Source: Oopsacas minuta (lineage: Eukaryota > Animalia > Porifera). Taken from it: 64,000 nucleotides of DNA. This document shows, one piece after another, positions 48,484-61,532 of the stretch (the stretch's first letter is position 1; every line of letters begins with the position of its first letter). Position numbers and translations under genes: made by a program. The DNA is taken from positions 124,001 through 188,000 of the forward strand of contig JAKMXF010000317.1 of assembly GCA_024704765.1 (NCBI GenBank), written 5' to 3'. The notes under the pieces were generated by a model. It did no database searches. It saw nothing but the letters and a program-made list of their open reading frames with translations, and had not been told where the DNA came from.

Positions 48484-51400
48484 ATGATTTTAAATCCAAG
48501 AAAGAGCGATTTCAGAGGGAACCTGATATCACAGTTTTATTTCTCTTGGCTGGATAAGCTATTACTCAGAGGTTTCAGGAAAACTCTAACACAAATAGAT
48601 TTGTTCCCTTGTCCAAAGGAACAGTGTTCGAAAAGACTATTTGAGAGGTTTGATAAACACTGGCAAACTGAATTAAAGAAAAACAACCCTGACATAAAGA
48701 AATCTCTAGCAAAGACATTGTATTCTCTTTTTCTAATCGGAGGATTTTTCTTTCTCATCGAAAATTTGCTATTATTTACTCTAGGGATTTTTGTGGGAAA
48801 CTTTTCATCTCTTTGTACAGGAGAAAATGCTACTAATCAGATTGATAACAACTGGAGGTCATCTCTAGGATATGCGTTGGGTATTACAATTGTCTCGATT
48901 ATAATTACTATGACTCACAGCATGGCATTCTATTTTGTATACTGTGTTGGTATGCAGATGAGAGCTATTTGCATAATCGCAATCTTCAAGAAAATACTTC
49001 GAATTCAACAATCAGTTCTTCATAAAGTCTCTGTTGGACACATAATCAATCTGGTTTCTAATGATGTATTCAAGTTTGATTATGGGATACGATATACCAA
49101 TGCATTTTGGTTATGTCCCATTGTGATACTTATTTCTACAATTATTATTCTAGTTAATATCAGATCAATAGGACTACTTGGGATTGGTTATATTATTCTA
49201 CACACACCAATACAAGTTGTATTAGGATTCATATTCTGACACTTAAGATACAAGTTATCTAAAACGGCTGATAAACGTATCCGTCTAATGGACCAGATTA
49301 TCAGAGGTATGCGTGTTATTAAGTTCTATGTCTGGGAGGTACCATTTGTCAGGTATATAAGTAAGATTGGAAAGAAGGAAGTTTTCTACGCGAGTTTATC
49401 CGGAATAATACAAAGCACAAACTATGGTTTCTACAATTCCAGTATATTTATTGCCTTATTTATCATATATTCTGTGGGAATTGCGTTGGGAGAGCCCATC
49501 TATGCTCCTAACCTAGCTCTAGCATTTATCATATTCAATACCTTACGTCAAACCTCTGTTCTTTTCCTTGGTCACGCTATCTTTGCATTTAGGGAGTGTC
49601 TTATTGCTCTCAGAAGAGTTCAGCGTGTCTTACAATTACATGAAACGACTTCTAACTGTTTGGTTCATCATCCATCTTATCGCGAAGATCAGCTTTCAGT
49701 TAAATTCTCAAAACTTCTCTGCTTCTTGGAAAGGTACTGATAAAGAATATTTTGATAGTTTAGTCCTTAAGGATATTAACATTAATATAAGTCATCCTCA
49801 GTTAGTAGCTATTGCAGGGCCAATTGGTGCTGGTAAGTCTAGTCTAATTATGAGTGTAATAAATGAGCTTCCTGGACTGTCTGGTCATATAAATACTACT
49901 GGTGTTCTCTCGTATGCAGCACAGGTACCATGGATATTTTCTGGTACCATTAGAGATAACATTTTATTCGGAAACACGCTGGATTCTACACGTTACTAGG
50001 AAGTGTTATCAGCCTGTAGTTTGAAGGAGGATATTAATTCTTTTGAGGATACTGACATGACTTTGATAGGAGAGAGAGGAGTTACTTTGAGTGGTGGACA
50101 GAAATCTAGGATATCTCTAGCTCGATCTATCTACCATGAAGCTGATGTATTTCTGTTTGATGATCCTCTAGTGCTGTTGACGTAAAGGTAGGTAGAGAAA
50201 TATTCGAGAATTGTATGCGAGGAGTTTTAAGAGACAAACTTGTCCTAATGGTAACACACCAGATTAACTATGTCAGACAGTGTGATTATGTTATAGTTAT
50301 GAAGAATGGGTCGGTAGTCTCTAGTGGGACTTACAATAAGATTGTAGCAGAAAATGAGTTCTGTAGAGAGTTTCTACAACGTTTAGAGAAGAAAGAAGAT
50401 GATACAGAGAAGGAAACAGAACCAATTGAATCAGTTAATAACACGGAAACTAATAAAATATTGAAAACATTAGAATCCTCTAAAGAAGAGGACCCGACTA
50501 TTGTTGAGCCTTTATCCTCTGCAATGACTGCAGAAGACTACCGTCCTAATTCCATTAGCTTCATTACTTACCTCCGCTACTTCTGGGCTGGTGGAATTAT
50601 TGCTACCCTATTCATGCTAATACTGACAGTGTTGAGTAACGCAGGCTTGGTGCTAGCTTACTACTGGATGCAGTCTATTGATAATTGTACTCTTACTTTA
50701 ACAACCAATATGTCAATAGGAATGTATAATATAACTTGTCTTCCTTGGTATTTTGACTATAACAATCCAGGAGCTATCAGGCTGCTAGCACTCTTCACAT
50801 TTTCTGGTTCTCTCTTTGTGCTGGTTAGGGGATTCAGCTTCTACTACGTAGTACTACAGGCAGGTAGGAGACTACACAATAGGATGCTACATAGGTTGGT
50901 ACACACCCCAATGCATTTCTTTGACACCAATCCCAGTGGTAGGATTCTGAACAGGTTCTCTAAGGATATAGGGTTTATGGACGAACAGCTGCCAATGTCA
51001 TTCTACGATTTTGGCAATACGCTACGTTTAATGCTACTGTTATAATCGCTAGCTGTGCAGTGCAGTATTTCCTAGTAATTCCATTTGCTTTATTGCTGGT
51101 AGCTATGATAGGATTAAGATATTTCTATCTGAGAACTTCTTCACAAGTGAAACGTCTGGAGAGTGTAGCACGTAGTCCCCTCTACTCCCACATATCTCTC
51201 ACACTACAGGGGCTCTCCACAATACGTGCTCTAGGTTTAGAGGAGCGAATGACACAAGATATGCATCTGTTACAAGATCAACATGCTTGTACATGGTATC
51301 ATTATATGTCTTGTCATAGATGGTTCGGCATTAGACTAGACCAAATGACAGCACTCGTTATTACATTTGCTGTATTCTACTCCTTCTTTTCCCGCTGTTT

Positions 51401-52382
51401 ATTCTCATCAGGTGAGTTAGTAGGATTCTCTCTCCCACTGCTACTATCACTAGGTATTACCTTCCAGTGCATGGTACGGCAGAGTGGAGAAGTTGAGATA
51501 CTAATGGTGTCTGTTGATAGAGTTCTCAATTATTGTAAATTAGCTCAGGAATTGGTAATTTCATCTCCTAAATCAGATCCTACTTTTGTGACTTGTGGTG
51601 ACGGACCTGCAATTGAGTTCAGAAATGTTCATTTCGAATACTCAGACAATCTGCCTCTTACTCTTAGAGATGTTTCATTGAGTATTCGTTCTGGTGAGAA
51701 GATTGGTATTGTGGGTAGGACTGGAGCTGGTAAGAGCTCTCTTTTCAACTCACTACTACGTATCAATCCTATTAGTAGTGGTAGCATATGTATTGATAGT
51801 CGTGATATAGCAAGTTTGGATCTGTATGAGCACCGTAAGAGAATATCAGTGATACCTCAGGACTCATTTCTGTTCTCTGGTACTCTTAAGTACAACCTGG
51901 ATCCATTCAGAGAATTCTCTGAAGATGAGATATGGAGTGCGCTAGAAAAGGCATTCATGAAGAGAATGGTGAAGTCTCTCTCTAATCAGCTGATGGCTAA
52001 TGTGGAAGAAGATGGTCTCAACTTCTCTACAGGAGAACGTCAGTTACTCTGTCTAGCCAGAGCTATACTCAGAAACAACAAGATAATATTGATAGATGAG
52101 GCTACTGCTAACGTAGACATGCATACAGACGCATTAGTACAGCAAACAATAAAATCCTACTTCTCTGACTGTACTGTACTCACAATAGCTCATAGGATTG
52201 AGACTATTGTCGATTCTGATAGAATTATTATTCTGGATAAAGGGACTATTGTGGAATCGGATATTCCTCATCTACTGCTACAGAATGAGGATAGTTATCT
52301 CAGTAAGTTAGTTAGTCAGTTAGAGAGTAGTACACAATCTAATTTAAGGGCACAAGCAGAGAAGAGTTATACTACTCTGTAG
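48484..52382 (+). pseudogene. ABCC4-like: ABCC (MRP4-like) transporter, intronless, 2 in-frame stops and 3 frameshifts
   Basis: TMD1-NBD1-TMD2-NBD2 with no TMD0. NBD1 GPIGAGKSS, LSGGQ, FLFDD; NBD2 GRTGAGKSS, FSTGERQ, ILIDE. TGA at 49237, TAG at 49997; shifts at ~49710, ~50168 and ~51011. Confidence 0.92.
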
Positions 52383-52731
52383 CAGAGTCATTAAATATTA
52401 TTTCACTTCTAGAATACAATTTCACTTGTCAATGTTTCAATTACTGTTATTTCTGATACTTAATTATTACGTATTTATTAAAACTCGATGTTTTTTATAG
52501 ACAAAGTTTATTTAGACAAGATTTGTCAATTTAACATACCTACCAACCTTACAGGGATAGACCCAAAATGTCCAGAGATTACATTTAGAGCAATACTATT
52601 GTGTTTCACGATTATCATTAACGTATTTCCCTGATTAAGCGCCCCGGCGCTTATTCTTTTCGTAGGAATTTTTTCGTACAATTATTGTACAATTTTCGGT
52701 TGCTTTTGAATTTAGTACAAAGCTTTCTCGT

Positions 52732-53142
52732 TAATCCGGATTTAGGAGTGTTCGGAATGTGCGGCCGAACAGGGCCCCCACATTTAGAAGGCCCCACAAC
52801 TCAACGTCATTAATTTTATACACACTGTAAGTCTACTTTAATCGCTATAAATCTTATACTAGAAACATTTGAGTTGTCCACATCAACTTCCTAGCTATTT
52901 CCATAATTAGAGGTCATGACAAGTCCTGCCATACTGCCACTGGGCGAAATAGGCCTTCGGTTAGAGTGGTAATACTTATAGGGTTGATTTTACTTGTGAA
53001 AAATTTGAATACACAAAAACACAAGCATTCTAATTTGAGGAATGGGGACAGGTGGGCGAACTGTGACGGCTTTGAATTGGCTTCAGTGAGCCCCGGGAAT
53101 TGCCCTCGAACAAGGCCCCCCACATACCTAAATCCGGCACTG
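52732..53142. mobile_element. 411-bp hAT-type MITE
   Basis: 8-bp TSD TTTCTCGT (52724-52731, 53143-53150). Right end cctaaatccggcactg; left end degenerate (taatccggatttagg). Confidence 0.85.
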
Positions 53143-54325
53143 TTTCTCGTAAGTGTACTACAATATCCTTATACGTATTATATTATCACATACACGTATA
53201 TACATGTTACACATACAAAAATAGTATTTATCAAATTGATTGTGTTGCTCTATTAGCAAGTTTTTCTCATGCAAAACCTGACTTGCTAAACAAGCTCACT
53301 CCACTGTATATGCCCTGTTTACTGAATACAAATTTAGTCTGGTTACATTAGTCATCTAAAGTCTTCTTGGATATCGTCTGGAAAACTCGTTGAAAAAATA
53401 ATTGTGAAAAGTGGATAGCATTCTGTAAATATGATTCCAAAAGCTCTGCACTTATTAAGGAAATCGAATTGTTCATAACAACAAATCCCTTTTAGAAACC
53501 AGTTATAGGTGAGTGTTTGAACACCAAAATCCTCCTCGTATACGCCACTGGCTTAGTGCCTCCACCCTTAGTGACCCCACGGGTTGCTGATCCCATAGGA
53601 GGATAGGGAATGTATAGTTGTATACACCTGCGACCTTCTAGAATCAAAATTATTCCCAACTTTTCACAACATCTATAAGTTATTGTGTTATAGCGGCCAC
53701 ACATATCCTTGGTAGACTTTTCCCTACACACAGGTGGCGACTGGCACTTGGCCATGTTGTGCCACTTGTACCAATTATATCAATTATATCAACAATGCTT
53801 AGTTGTCCCTTCGTTGTTGATAAGTTTGATTAGTAATCAGACCCGTTGGAAGTAAGGGGGTCGTGTCAATTATCGGGATTGCCTTGCTTCTTTATAAGTT
53901 ATGTCTACAAAAATCCAACATTTCTCTTCATATCGTTTGGAAGTATGTATATAAACTGGAACCTTATTAAATAGAGCACCAATGGACTGTCAAAATCTGT
54001 TCGCTTTCACCAGAAGAATACCAATTGAATATCTACACATGTAGAGTAGATGCTGGATATCAAAACACCGGTTATACGAACCTTAACTCGATTTACCGAA
54101 TCTTTTGTATCTGACTCCATTGAATTTATCGGATATAAGAACATTATGTCCAGTTCCCGACGATGTTCTTATAACCTGCATTGAGTGTACAAAGTTCTGT
54201 TAGAACTGAGCCACTATACAAGTAATAGTAATCAACACAGTAAATGAATTGAAATATGATAGTGAAGTATTATTGTAGAACCACATAGCTAAGATATAGT
54301 CTGTAGATGATATGATTGTGTATAG

Positions 54326-56836
54326 CATTGGTTCCCAACCTATGGGTCGCGACCCCAATTGGGGTCGCGAAGCACATTTTGTTGGGTCGCAGGCTATTCT
54401 CAATACTATTAAAATGTAAACATGTTTGCATTGAAAGTACCCTATGTAAACAATATTGACAAGCTAAATTATTGTTATTTATTCTTTCGCGTTTTATATC
54501 CTTGTATTAAATACAGTCTGTTAATGATTGTGTAAATGGTTTGCATATTCTAGGGAGTAGTAGTTATTACATAACCAATTGCATTTGCATGCAACAGTTA
54601 ATAACACAGGCTTACAAAAAAATGTTTTGTTGTAGTTGTTTTTATTTTGATCACTGATTTAGACTAATATGAGTACGCTGATTCTGAATCTGAAGCCCAT
54701 TTTGCTCCATCAGCTCTTAATTTTACAATTTTCAACTTGCAAAATCGCAAAATTGCTAAAATTTCGAAAAATAATGCTTTCATCCTTAAATTGTGGATAA
54801 TTTCGAATTATAGTCCCACGCTCACATGGATAATATTATTTTTATACAATATGTTTTAATTAGTTTGACTTGTGTAGAGATGGCGGGTGTATCACGCGAA
54901 CGACCTTACCATGACAAATTCATTGAGTTGGGTTTCTTTTATGTGACAAATCGTGGAGTCCAGAAACCTCAGTGCGTTATTTGTTACGAAGTACTTTCGA
55001 ATGAATCTATGAAGCATAACAAGTTACAACGACACCTGTCCTCAAAACATCCAGCGTACAAAGATAGAGATCGCTCCTTTTTCGACAGGAAGTTAACCGC
55101 CCTTAGAAATACCCGCTTGGATAAACAAGGTAAATGTCAGCAAATCAATGAAAATGCTCTGGAAGCTTCATATCGTGTTTCGTTGCGCATTGCAAAAGCT
55201 AAAAGTCCACACACGATCGGTGAGGAACTGATAATGCCATGTGCTAAGGAAATGGTTTCTCTCATGATCGGAGAAGACATGGTTAGTAAACTCGGAATCA
55301 TACCTCTCTCAAATAACACTGTTCATCGCAGAATTTGTGACATGAGTGAAGACATCACTGCACAAAATATTGCTGCTATCAAGGAGTCACCTTGGCACGC
55401 AATGCAGCTGGATGAATCAACGGATATTGCATCATGCGCGCAATTGATAGTTTGGGTCAGATTTATCAAAGATGGTGATTTCGTCGACGAGCCTTTACTG
55501 TGCAAATCATTGGAAACGACAACTAAAGGTGAGGACATTTTCACCAAAATCGATGCCTTTTACAATAAAGAAGGCCTGGACTTCAATAAATTAATTGGAT
55601 CAACAACAGATGGAGCTCCTGCAATGCTTGGGAAACATTCTGGCTTTAAAGCGAAATTACAGCAAGTGGCTTCTCATACATTTATGATACATTGCATGAT
55701 CCACCGAGAAGCGCTGGCTGCTCGTACAATGCCAGAAAGCCTGATGAACGTTTTTTCTCAGGTGATCAAAATCGTAAATCACATAAAATCGAGTGCTCTA
55801 AACAAGAGGTTATTCAAATTGTTCTGTGATGAAATGGACGCTAACCACATGAGCTTACTCTTCTACACTCAAGTACGATGGCTCTCACGAGGAAACGTTA
55901 TTCTGCGTGTTTACGAGCTACGTCAAGAGTTAAAAGAGTTCTTACGCACACAGATGAAGAATGAATGGGTGGCAATGCTCGAGTCCAGTAACTGGCTTGC
56001 TAAGTTGTGCTATTTGAGTGACATTTTTGAACGTATCAATGTGCTGAATCGTACGCTTCAAGGCAAAGACACGAACCTGATGCTCTTCCATGACAAAATA
56101 AAAGGGTTTCTTGTAACACTGGGTTTGTTAAAAGATAAAGTGAGTCGCAGCCGTTTTGTATTATTTCCACGCCTCTCTGTACACATGGAAGAATCCGAAA
56201 ACATCGAAATCGAGCCTCTTTCTTACGAAATTACTGAACATATTCAGTCACTGATTAATCAATTTAAAAACTACTTCCCCGAGCTCGACGTCCAGTCATT
56301 CACCGTAGCTCGAGACCCTTTCAGTGCACCATTAGACGCCATCACTGACGATGATATCACCGAAGAGGAGCTCGTAAGACTGAAGCAGGATTCCGGAGCG
56401 AAAGCATTATTTCAGTCCGCATCTTTGCACAGTGTCTGGTGTAAAATGCCCCAATCATACCCACGTCTGTCGGAGAAGGTAATGTGGCTCCTAATGCCGT
56501 ACCCTTCGACCTACTTATGTGAACAGTCGTTCTCTACAATGGTAGTGATGAAAACGAAGCACAGGAATCGGCTTGAAATAGAAAAGGACATGATTGTTGC
56601 ATTATCATCCACCAAGCCCCGCATTGGAAAACTGGTTCCTGAAAAACAGGCTCAACCATCACATTGATCATATGATACTAATCTTGCTTAGGGTGACATT
56701 ATCAATAATTCGTTGCAATGAATGATAATGAAGTACGTATCATAGTAACATATATGCCTTCGATTTTTTGAGGGGTCGCGCTCTAATGCTGGTTTCTGAA
56801 ATGGGGTCGCAGCCAGAAAAAGGTTGGGAACCACTG
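54326..56836 (+). mobile_element. Buster-type hAT transposon, full length (2511 bp)
   Basis: TIR CA(T/G)TGGTTCCCAACCT. Flanks gtgTAtag / ataTAtcg fit the nnnTAnnn Buster pattern but match only 5/8. Confidence 0.9.
54880..56667 (+). CDS. Intact Buster/ZBED5-like hAT transposase (~595 aa from MAGVS; ORF open from 54826)
   Basis: BED finger CVIC..LQRHLSSKH; QLDESTD, TTDGAPAM, CMIH, VRWLSRG, YLCEQSFS; C-terminus KQAQPSH. Confidence 0.95.
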   Translation: MAGVSRERPYHDKFIELGFFYVTNRGVQKPQCVICYEVLSNESMKHNKLQRHLSSKHPAYKDRDRSFFDRKLTALRNTRLDKQGKCQQINENALEASYRVSLRIAKAKSPHTIGEELIMPCAKEMVSLMIGEDMVSKLGIIPLSNNTVHRRICDMSEDITAQNIAAIKESPWHAMQLDESTDIASCAQLIVWVRFIKDGDFVDEPLLCKSLETTTKGEDIFTKIDAFYNKEGLDFNKLIGSTTDGAPAMLGKHSGFKAKLQQVASHTFMIHCMIHREALAARTMPESLMNVFSQVIKIVNHIKSSALNKRLFKLFCDEMDANHMSLLFYTQVRWLSRGNVILRVYELRQELKEFLRTQMKNEWVAMLESSNWLAKLCYLSDIFERINVLNRTLQGKDTNLMLFHDKIKGFLVTLGLLKDKVSRSRFVLFPRLSVHMEESENIEIEPLSYEITEHIQSLINQFKNYFPELDVQSFTVARDPFSAPLDAITDDDITEEELVRLKQDSGAKALFQSASLHSVWCKMPQSYPRLSEKVMWLLMPYPSTYLCEQSFSTMVVMKTKHRNRLEIEKDMIVALSSTKPRIGKLVPEKQAQPSH

Positions 56837-57316
56837 ATATATCGTAACGCATTCTGTGACCTCTTGAAGCGGAACTATACCCATACTACAAACAAATCAC
56901 TACTAGACCTAGATAAATCAGGATTGGTAATAGAAAATAAGATATATCTGGTCATGTGACAATGAAAAACTAGTTTTGAATATTTTAATAATCATAATCC
57001 GTTAATGGGGACAATCGGTTAATCAGGAAAAACATTGACTGCCGAGCTGTCCCGATTAAGCGGCTTCCACTGTAGTAAGGATTCTCACACGTTTGCTTAT
57101 TAATTATATTTCAGTAATGAAACAATAGTACATGCTACTTTATGCCAGGAATATTTTTCGGAATCTTGATTAATCATATTTTCATACCTTTGAGGTATAC
57201 ATGTTTCAAATACTATCATTCCTCTCCAACGGATAATGAAATGACAGCTAGCTAGACATTTTTTGTAATTTTCCCAAGAAATATATACACAAATATTTTG
57301 AATTTCTAGAATAGAA

Positions 57317-58516
57317 ATGGCTGCAGTTTTCAATGTCGATCAAAAGCTAGAAGCTCTGAAAATGGAAATAATAAGAACTTTTGATGAACTTTACCAATAT
57401 CTGTCAAATCGCAGAAATAGTCTTCTGTCTAGACTCGCTAAAATGAAGGAAGGACACGACAAGAATGTAGAATTGGAGGAAGCAATAAATCAGTTGAGGA
57501 TATCCAAAAATCAAATACTAGCTACAATGACTAGCAACTTGGTAGGAGGATTACTAGACACAATGAAACAAACACTAGATAGAAACATCGAAATGAAAAT
57601 GGCTGAAAAGGTAAAAGTAGATAACTTGGAGTTTATTGAGTTCCGTTGTTACTCTGATAAAATTCGTAAAACCATTGATGAAATAGATTTGTTTGAAATC
57701 ATTCCTGAATATGTCAGGAGGGAAAACCCTATTCTTAAAGTTTGTAATTTTGGTAGTGGAAATGGAGAGTTGAGTAATCCCAAAGGAATGGCAGAAGATA
57801 GAGCAAGTAATGAATTGTATATTTGTGATTGTAGCAACAGTCGTATTCAAGTGTTGAATACTGAAGGAAAGTATTTACGTTCTTTTGGGACTGACCACTT
57901 GAAGGAGCCATTCGGTATATGTCTGTCAAAAGAGGAAGTATTCGTTACTGATCAAGCTGAAGAGTCTCTTGTGAAGTTTAGTCTAGCAGGACAATTCCTA
58001 AAGGAAACAGGCTCAAGAGGCAATACAGAAGGACGATTTACTGGTATCTCAGGATTGTGTCATGAAGCTGGGTTAATATATGTCTGTGATAGTAATGTAC
58101 AAAGAATTCAAATATTTGATTCTAATCTTAACCTCATTAAAGAGTTCGGCTACAGAGAACTCAAACTTCCAAAAGACATTACAGTATTCTCTGACAGAAT
58201 CTACATCCTATCTCGGGATAACAACTCCATCCACTGCTACAACAGAGACTGTACTCTCCAGAATATTATACAGCTGACTGGACAGGATCAGCCAATGACA
58301 GCAGCTAACTTCTTCACTATTGATAAGAAGGGGAACTTCTTAATTACAGATGATACTGCTAACAATATCATTATCTTCTCACCTCAAGGAGTGATGAAAC
58401 ATATTCTGGGTAGAGGACATCTCTATTTATTAAACGGTATTGTATTAGATAACTCAGATAATATTCTATGTGTGAATTATAGCTTTGAAGATAAAGCCTG
58501 TTTCCAGAAATATTAA
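57317..58516 (+). CDS. Coiled-coil + NHL beta-propeller protein, divergent paralogue, 399 aa
   Basis: N-terminal helical region then NHL repeats (GELSNPKGMA..LYICDCSNSRIQVL, EPFGICL, IYVCDSNVQRIQIF). No RING or B-box. Confidence 0.9.
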   Translation: MAAVFNVDQKLEALKMEIIRTFDELYQYLSNRRNSLLSRLAKMKEGHDKNVELEEAINQLRISKNQILATMTSNLVGGLLDTMKQTLDRNIEMKMAEKVKVDNLEFIEFRCYSDKIRKTIDEIDLFEIIPEYVRRENPILKVCNFGSGNGELSNPKGMAEDRASNELYICDCSNSRIQVLNTEGKYLRSFGTDHLKEPFGICLSKEEVFVTDQAEESLVKFSLAGQFLKETGSRGNTEGRFTGISGLCHEAGLIYVCDSNVQRIQIFDSNLNLIKEFGYRELKLPKDITVFSDRIYILSRDNNSIHCYNRDCTLQNIIQLTGQDQPMTAANFFTIDKKGNFLITDDTANNIIIFSPQGVMKHILGRGHLYLLNGIVLDNSDNILCVNYSFEDKACFQKY

Positions 58517-58764
58517 CATTTTCCTTACTTTGAGTGTATTTCCTATAATCTTGCTTTATCCAATTAGTATATTACTCATTTTTCATTTTCTTATTTTCTC
58601 ATTTTGTAGTTTATACAAATATTTATCATTTTGATACTTCTTTTCATTAATGTATATCTCAAACCGATAAATCAGACATAGGATTTTACACACAAATTGA
58701 AATTCCTATTCAGTACACGATTTATTCCAAATTTCAGCCAATATTGAAAACTTAGTCTATTATA

Positions 58765-59152
58765 CGCAAGAACCTCCCAAAGTGGGGTTCAGATAAGTCG
58801 CAGACAATTTTGAATAAAAATGTATACAAAAAATTCAATTAGAAATTCCAAAAGTGGAGTGAAATTCTATTAGTACCTGCCTTTATGGGAGATGTTAAGT
58901 TAGGGTGCCACGCAAAATGTTATGAAGGAAACATCTGTATTGAAGACAAAAGCCAAATAAATCTCCCAAAGTTGTTTACATCTCATAACTGGGGTAAATT
59001 TGCAATGAAAAATTCCAAGAATAGGCATTGGAATTATTAAGGACAAATCTCATTAAATGGACGAAGATAACAGTAAAATTCATGTATGTCAGAAGTGGGG
59101 TGCAGACTCTTGCAAATGATTTCTGGAAACCCCACTTTAGGAGGTTGTACTG
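58765..59152. mobile_element. 388-bp pogo/Tigger-like MITE
   Basis: TIR aacctcccaaagtgggg / ccccactttaggaggttgtactg with TA flanks. Confidence 0.8.
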
Positions 59153-59445
59153 TATTACAAAAGTGGTGATTGGCACCTTAGATGGAAAAGAAGACAGATT
59201 GATAATTATTGATTGAAAATAATTGCTTTTGCAGAAATCTAGGCGATATAATTTCATTATATAAGATTAAGAGTGTGTAGATATGAGTTACAAAGTAAGA
59301 CCTTTCAATATTACGTAATAATTGTATTGAAACAATGTACGGATATAGATGACCTTCACTTTGTTCAAGTCAATCATTTTCTTCAGATAATAGAAATAAG
59401 ACATCGCAGACAAATATGCCTGACTAAAAAGAGTACATTGAATAA

Positions 59446-59700
59446 ATTACTGAGGAAGAAATCACAGTTCTTAACATCAAGGAATTAAATAGAAGATTAA
59501 ACAACAAAAATTATTCTAAACAATAACAACAAGCACTAAAATGACAGAAGTGAAAAATATAAATGAAAAAATATCGCAAAGACAGCCGCATGCACAGCAC
59601 GCAAACCTGGAGAATCTTTTAGAACTGCGGACGCTACTGATAGACGAATACCTGGGCCTAAAGCTAGAGGTGTTCGTATTGCAGAACGCTAAGGTCTGGC
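59446..59700 (+). pseudogene. Decayed Maf-type bZIP transcription factor fragment
   Basis: ITEEEITVLNIKELNRRL (Maf extended-homology-like), basic region ALK*QK*KI*MKKYRKDSR, then after a frameshift a heptad L-x6-L-x6-L-x6-L zipper (LLELRTLLIDEYLGLKLEVFVL). Confidence 0.65.
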
Positions 59701-61532
59701 TTATCGAGCAAATGAGCGGCGATGAAGATGTCGAGTATGGCGAGTTTGTAATTGTGGAGTGATCATCACGATTTGCAGCTTGCCTTTCTCGCTCTGTATT
59801 ATTTTTTGTTTATGTTGCTAATTAATTATTACCTATTAATTGAATCCAATCCATCAAATATGTACATCAATTCTAAAATAGCGGGGTTATATACTTAGAG
59901 ATAATTAGATGTTAGATGGTTTCCATAAACAATTATACAAATTGGTGATAAGACTTCGATTTATAAGCTGTCAAAAATATGATCGTATATTTAGTATCCT
60001 TGATGATATCAAATTGTTATGCATTTTAAGGTACAATTGGCTAATTAGTGACAGCATTTTACTACAAATTTTGATGTTTGATAATAATTATAGAATTAAT
60101 TTTATAAAAACACCAAATGTGAAATTCTGTTCAAAAACAAATAACAATTTAAAAACGACTTAGAAATCTTTACAATAATATTGACTGCTTTAAGAAATGA
60201 TATTTATGTTACTTTCTCATTTTCCTTTTAACTAGCCTACCCTTATAGCCCAGAACAGCCATTGGAGTAGTTCGAAGACTGGAGAAGCGCAGTTTTCTTC
60301 TAATATAAGCTATAATATTACTATAAGAGTTTCCTCTTTTTTCAGCTAGGAGTGATGCTAGCCTTTTGTGGAACTTGTCTGCTCCTTACTCATCCCACAC
60401 CACTGGTTGAAAAGACCAATGGTGTAAACGAAGACTTCTCTACCGGAGGATTCTAAAGATAATTATACATATCCTTCTTTTCAATTTATATATCATTTAT
60501 ACACTGCAGTTAGAGACTTCGCTAGTCGTAACCATCACGAGACAAGAATGTTATTTATAATATAGAGACTTTATGTTAAGCCAAATTATTTGGTAGAAAT
60601 TTATAGATTCAAAAAGGCACTGTAATTTCTTGAATGAAATTTCGTGGTCACAGGCGGTGATTTGAGATTTTTATCCTATTCTAGCTTCGTATAATTCACG
60701 TATGTATCATTTGTCCGATCGAGGATTATGAATAGTTCCTTACTGATGGACAGGCTCAGACCGATGGACCAGTCCAGACCACTAGCTCGCTAATTTGGAC
60801 CTTCCAAACCCCCATTTTAGTGGAATTACGAGGGTTGGACAGTGTGTATGTAATTATTTCATTAGACCACTCTAATTGAATACATTGCTAGAGCATAACT
60901 AGAAATCCCTGAGCGAGGAGGCAGGGATGAATATTTGCCTCAATATATAGAGATGATTATAATAGGGAGATAGGGGAAGGCCCGAAAACGCGAGGAGGCA
61001 GGTATAAGCGCGATTTAGGGATCTCCATCCACGAAACACTAGCGATATAGGGAAGGAGGAGAGGCGAAATCGCTAGTGTTATAGGGATCCTTGGTTCTGT
61101 GTTCAGAATTTTACCTTGTATTGGTGTAAATATTCTTTTAAATGTTGCCCAGTGTTCTCACCACGTAGCCCTCAGAAGTCTGTCTGTCTGTTTAGAAGCG
61201 ATATATACGTATATTGACACAACGAATCCAAGGCAGAATTCTGAACTAGAGTAGTAGTGAATACAGTACACCAGTACTACAATTGAATAGTTATTATTCG
61301 TTAATTTGATAAAAATCCTTATTTGCAACTACATATCGCTTCTAAAGACACAGACCAACCTCTGGGAGGCAGGGAGACTTGCCTTCGGGCAGGGGCCCTA
61401 TTTAGCTAGATAGGTCCCCTACCCGAAGGAAAATCATTAGATTCGCCTCTCCCACTTATAGAGGTAACTACTGTATCTATTGTTTAGTATATTCACTATT
61501 ATTCATTTCACAAAAGGAATTTTTCTACACAA

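Noticed and set aside
59084-59101. tgtcagaagtggg as a tRNA-Leu primer-binding site (also ~28866 and ~29414)
   Set aside because: Lacks the leading TGG and an adjacent LTR; it sits inside a MITE whose TIR contains the same aagtgggg word.
43570-59560. Stop-codon reassignment explaining the repeated CAA/TAA changes
   Set aside because: Intact genes here end at standard TAG, TAA and TGA codons, and NHL copy 3 has CAA at the same site.
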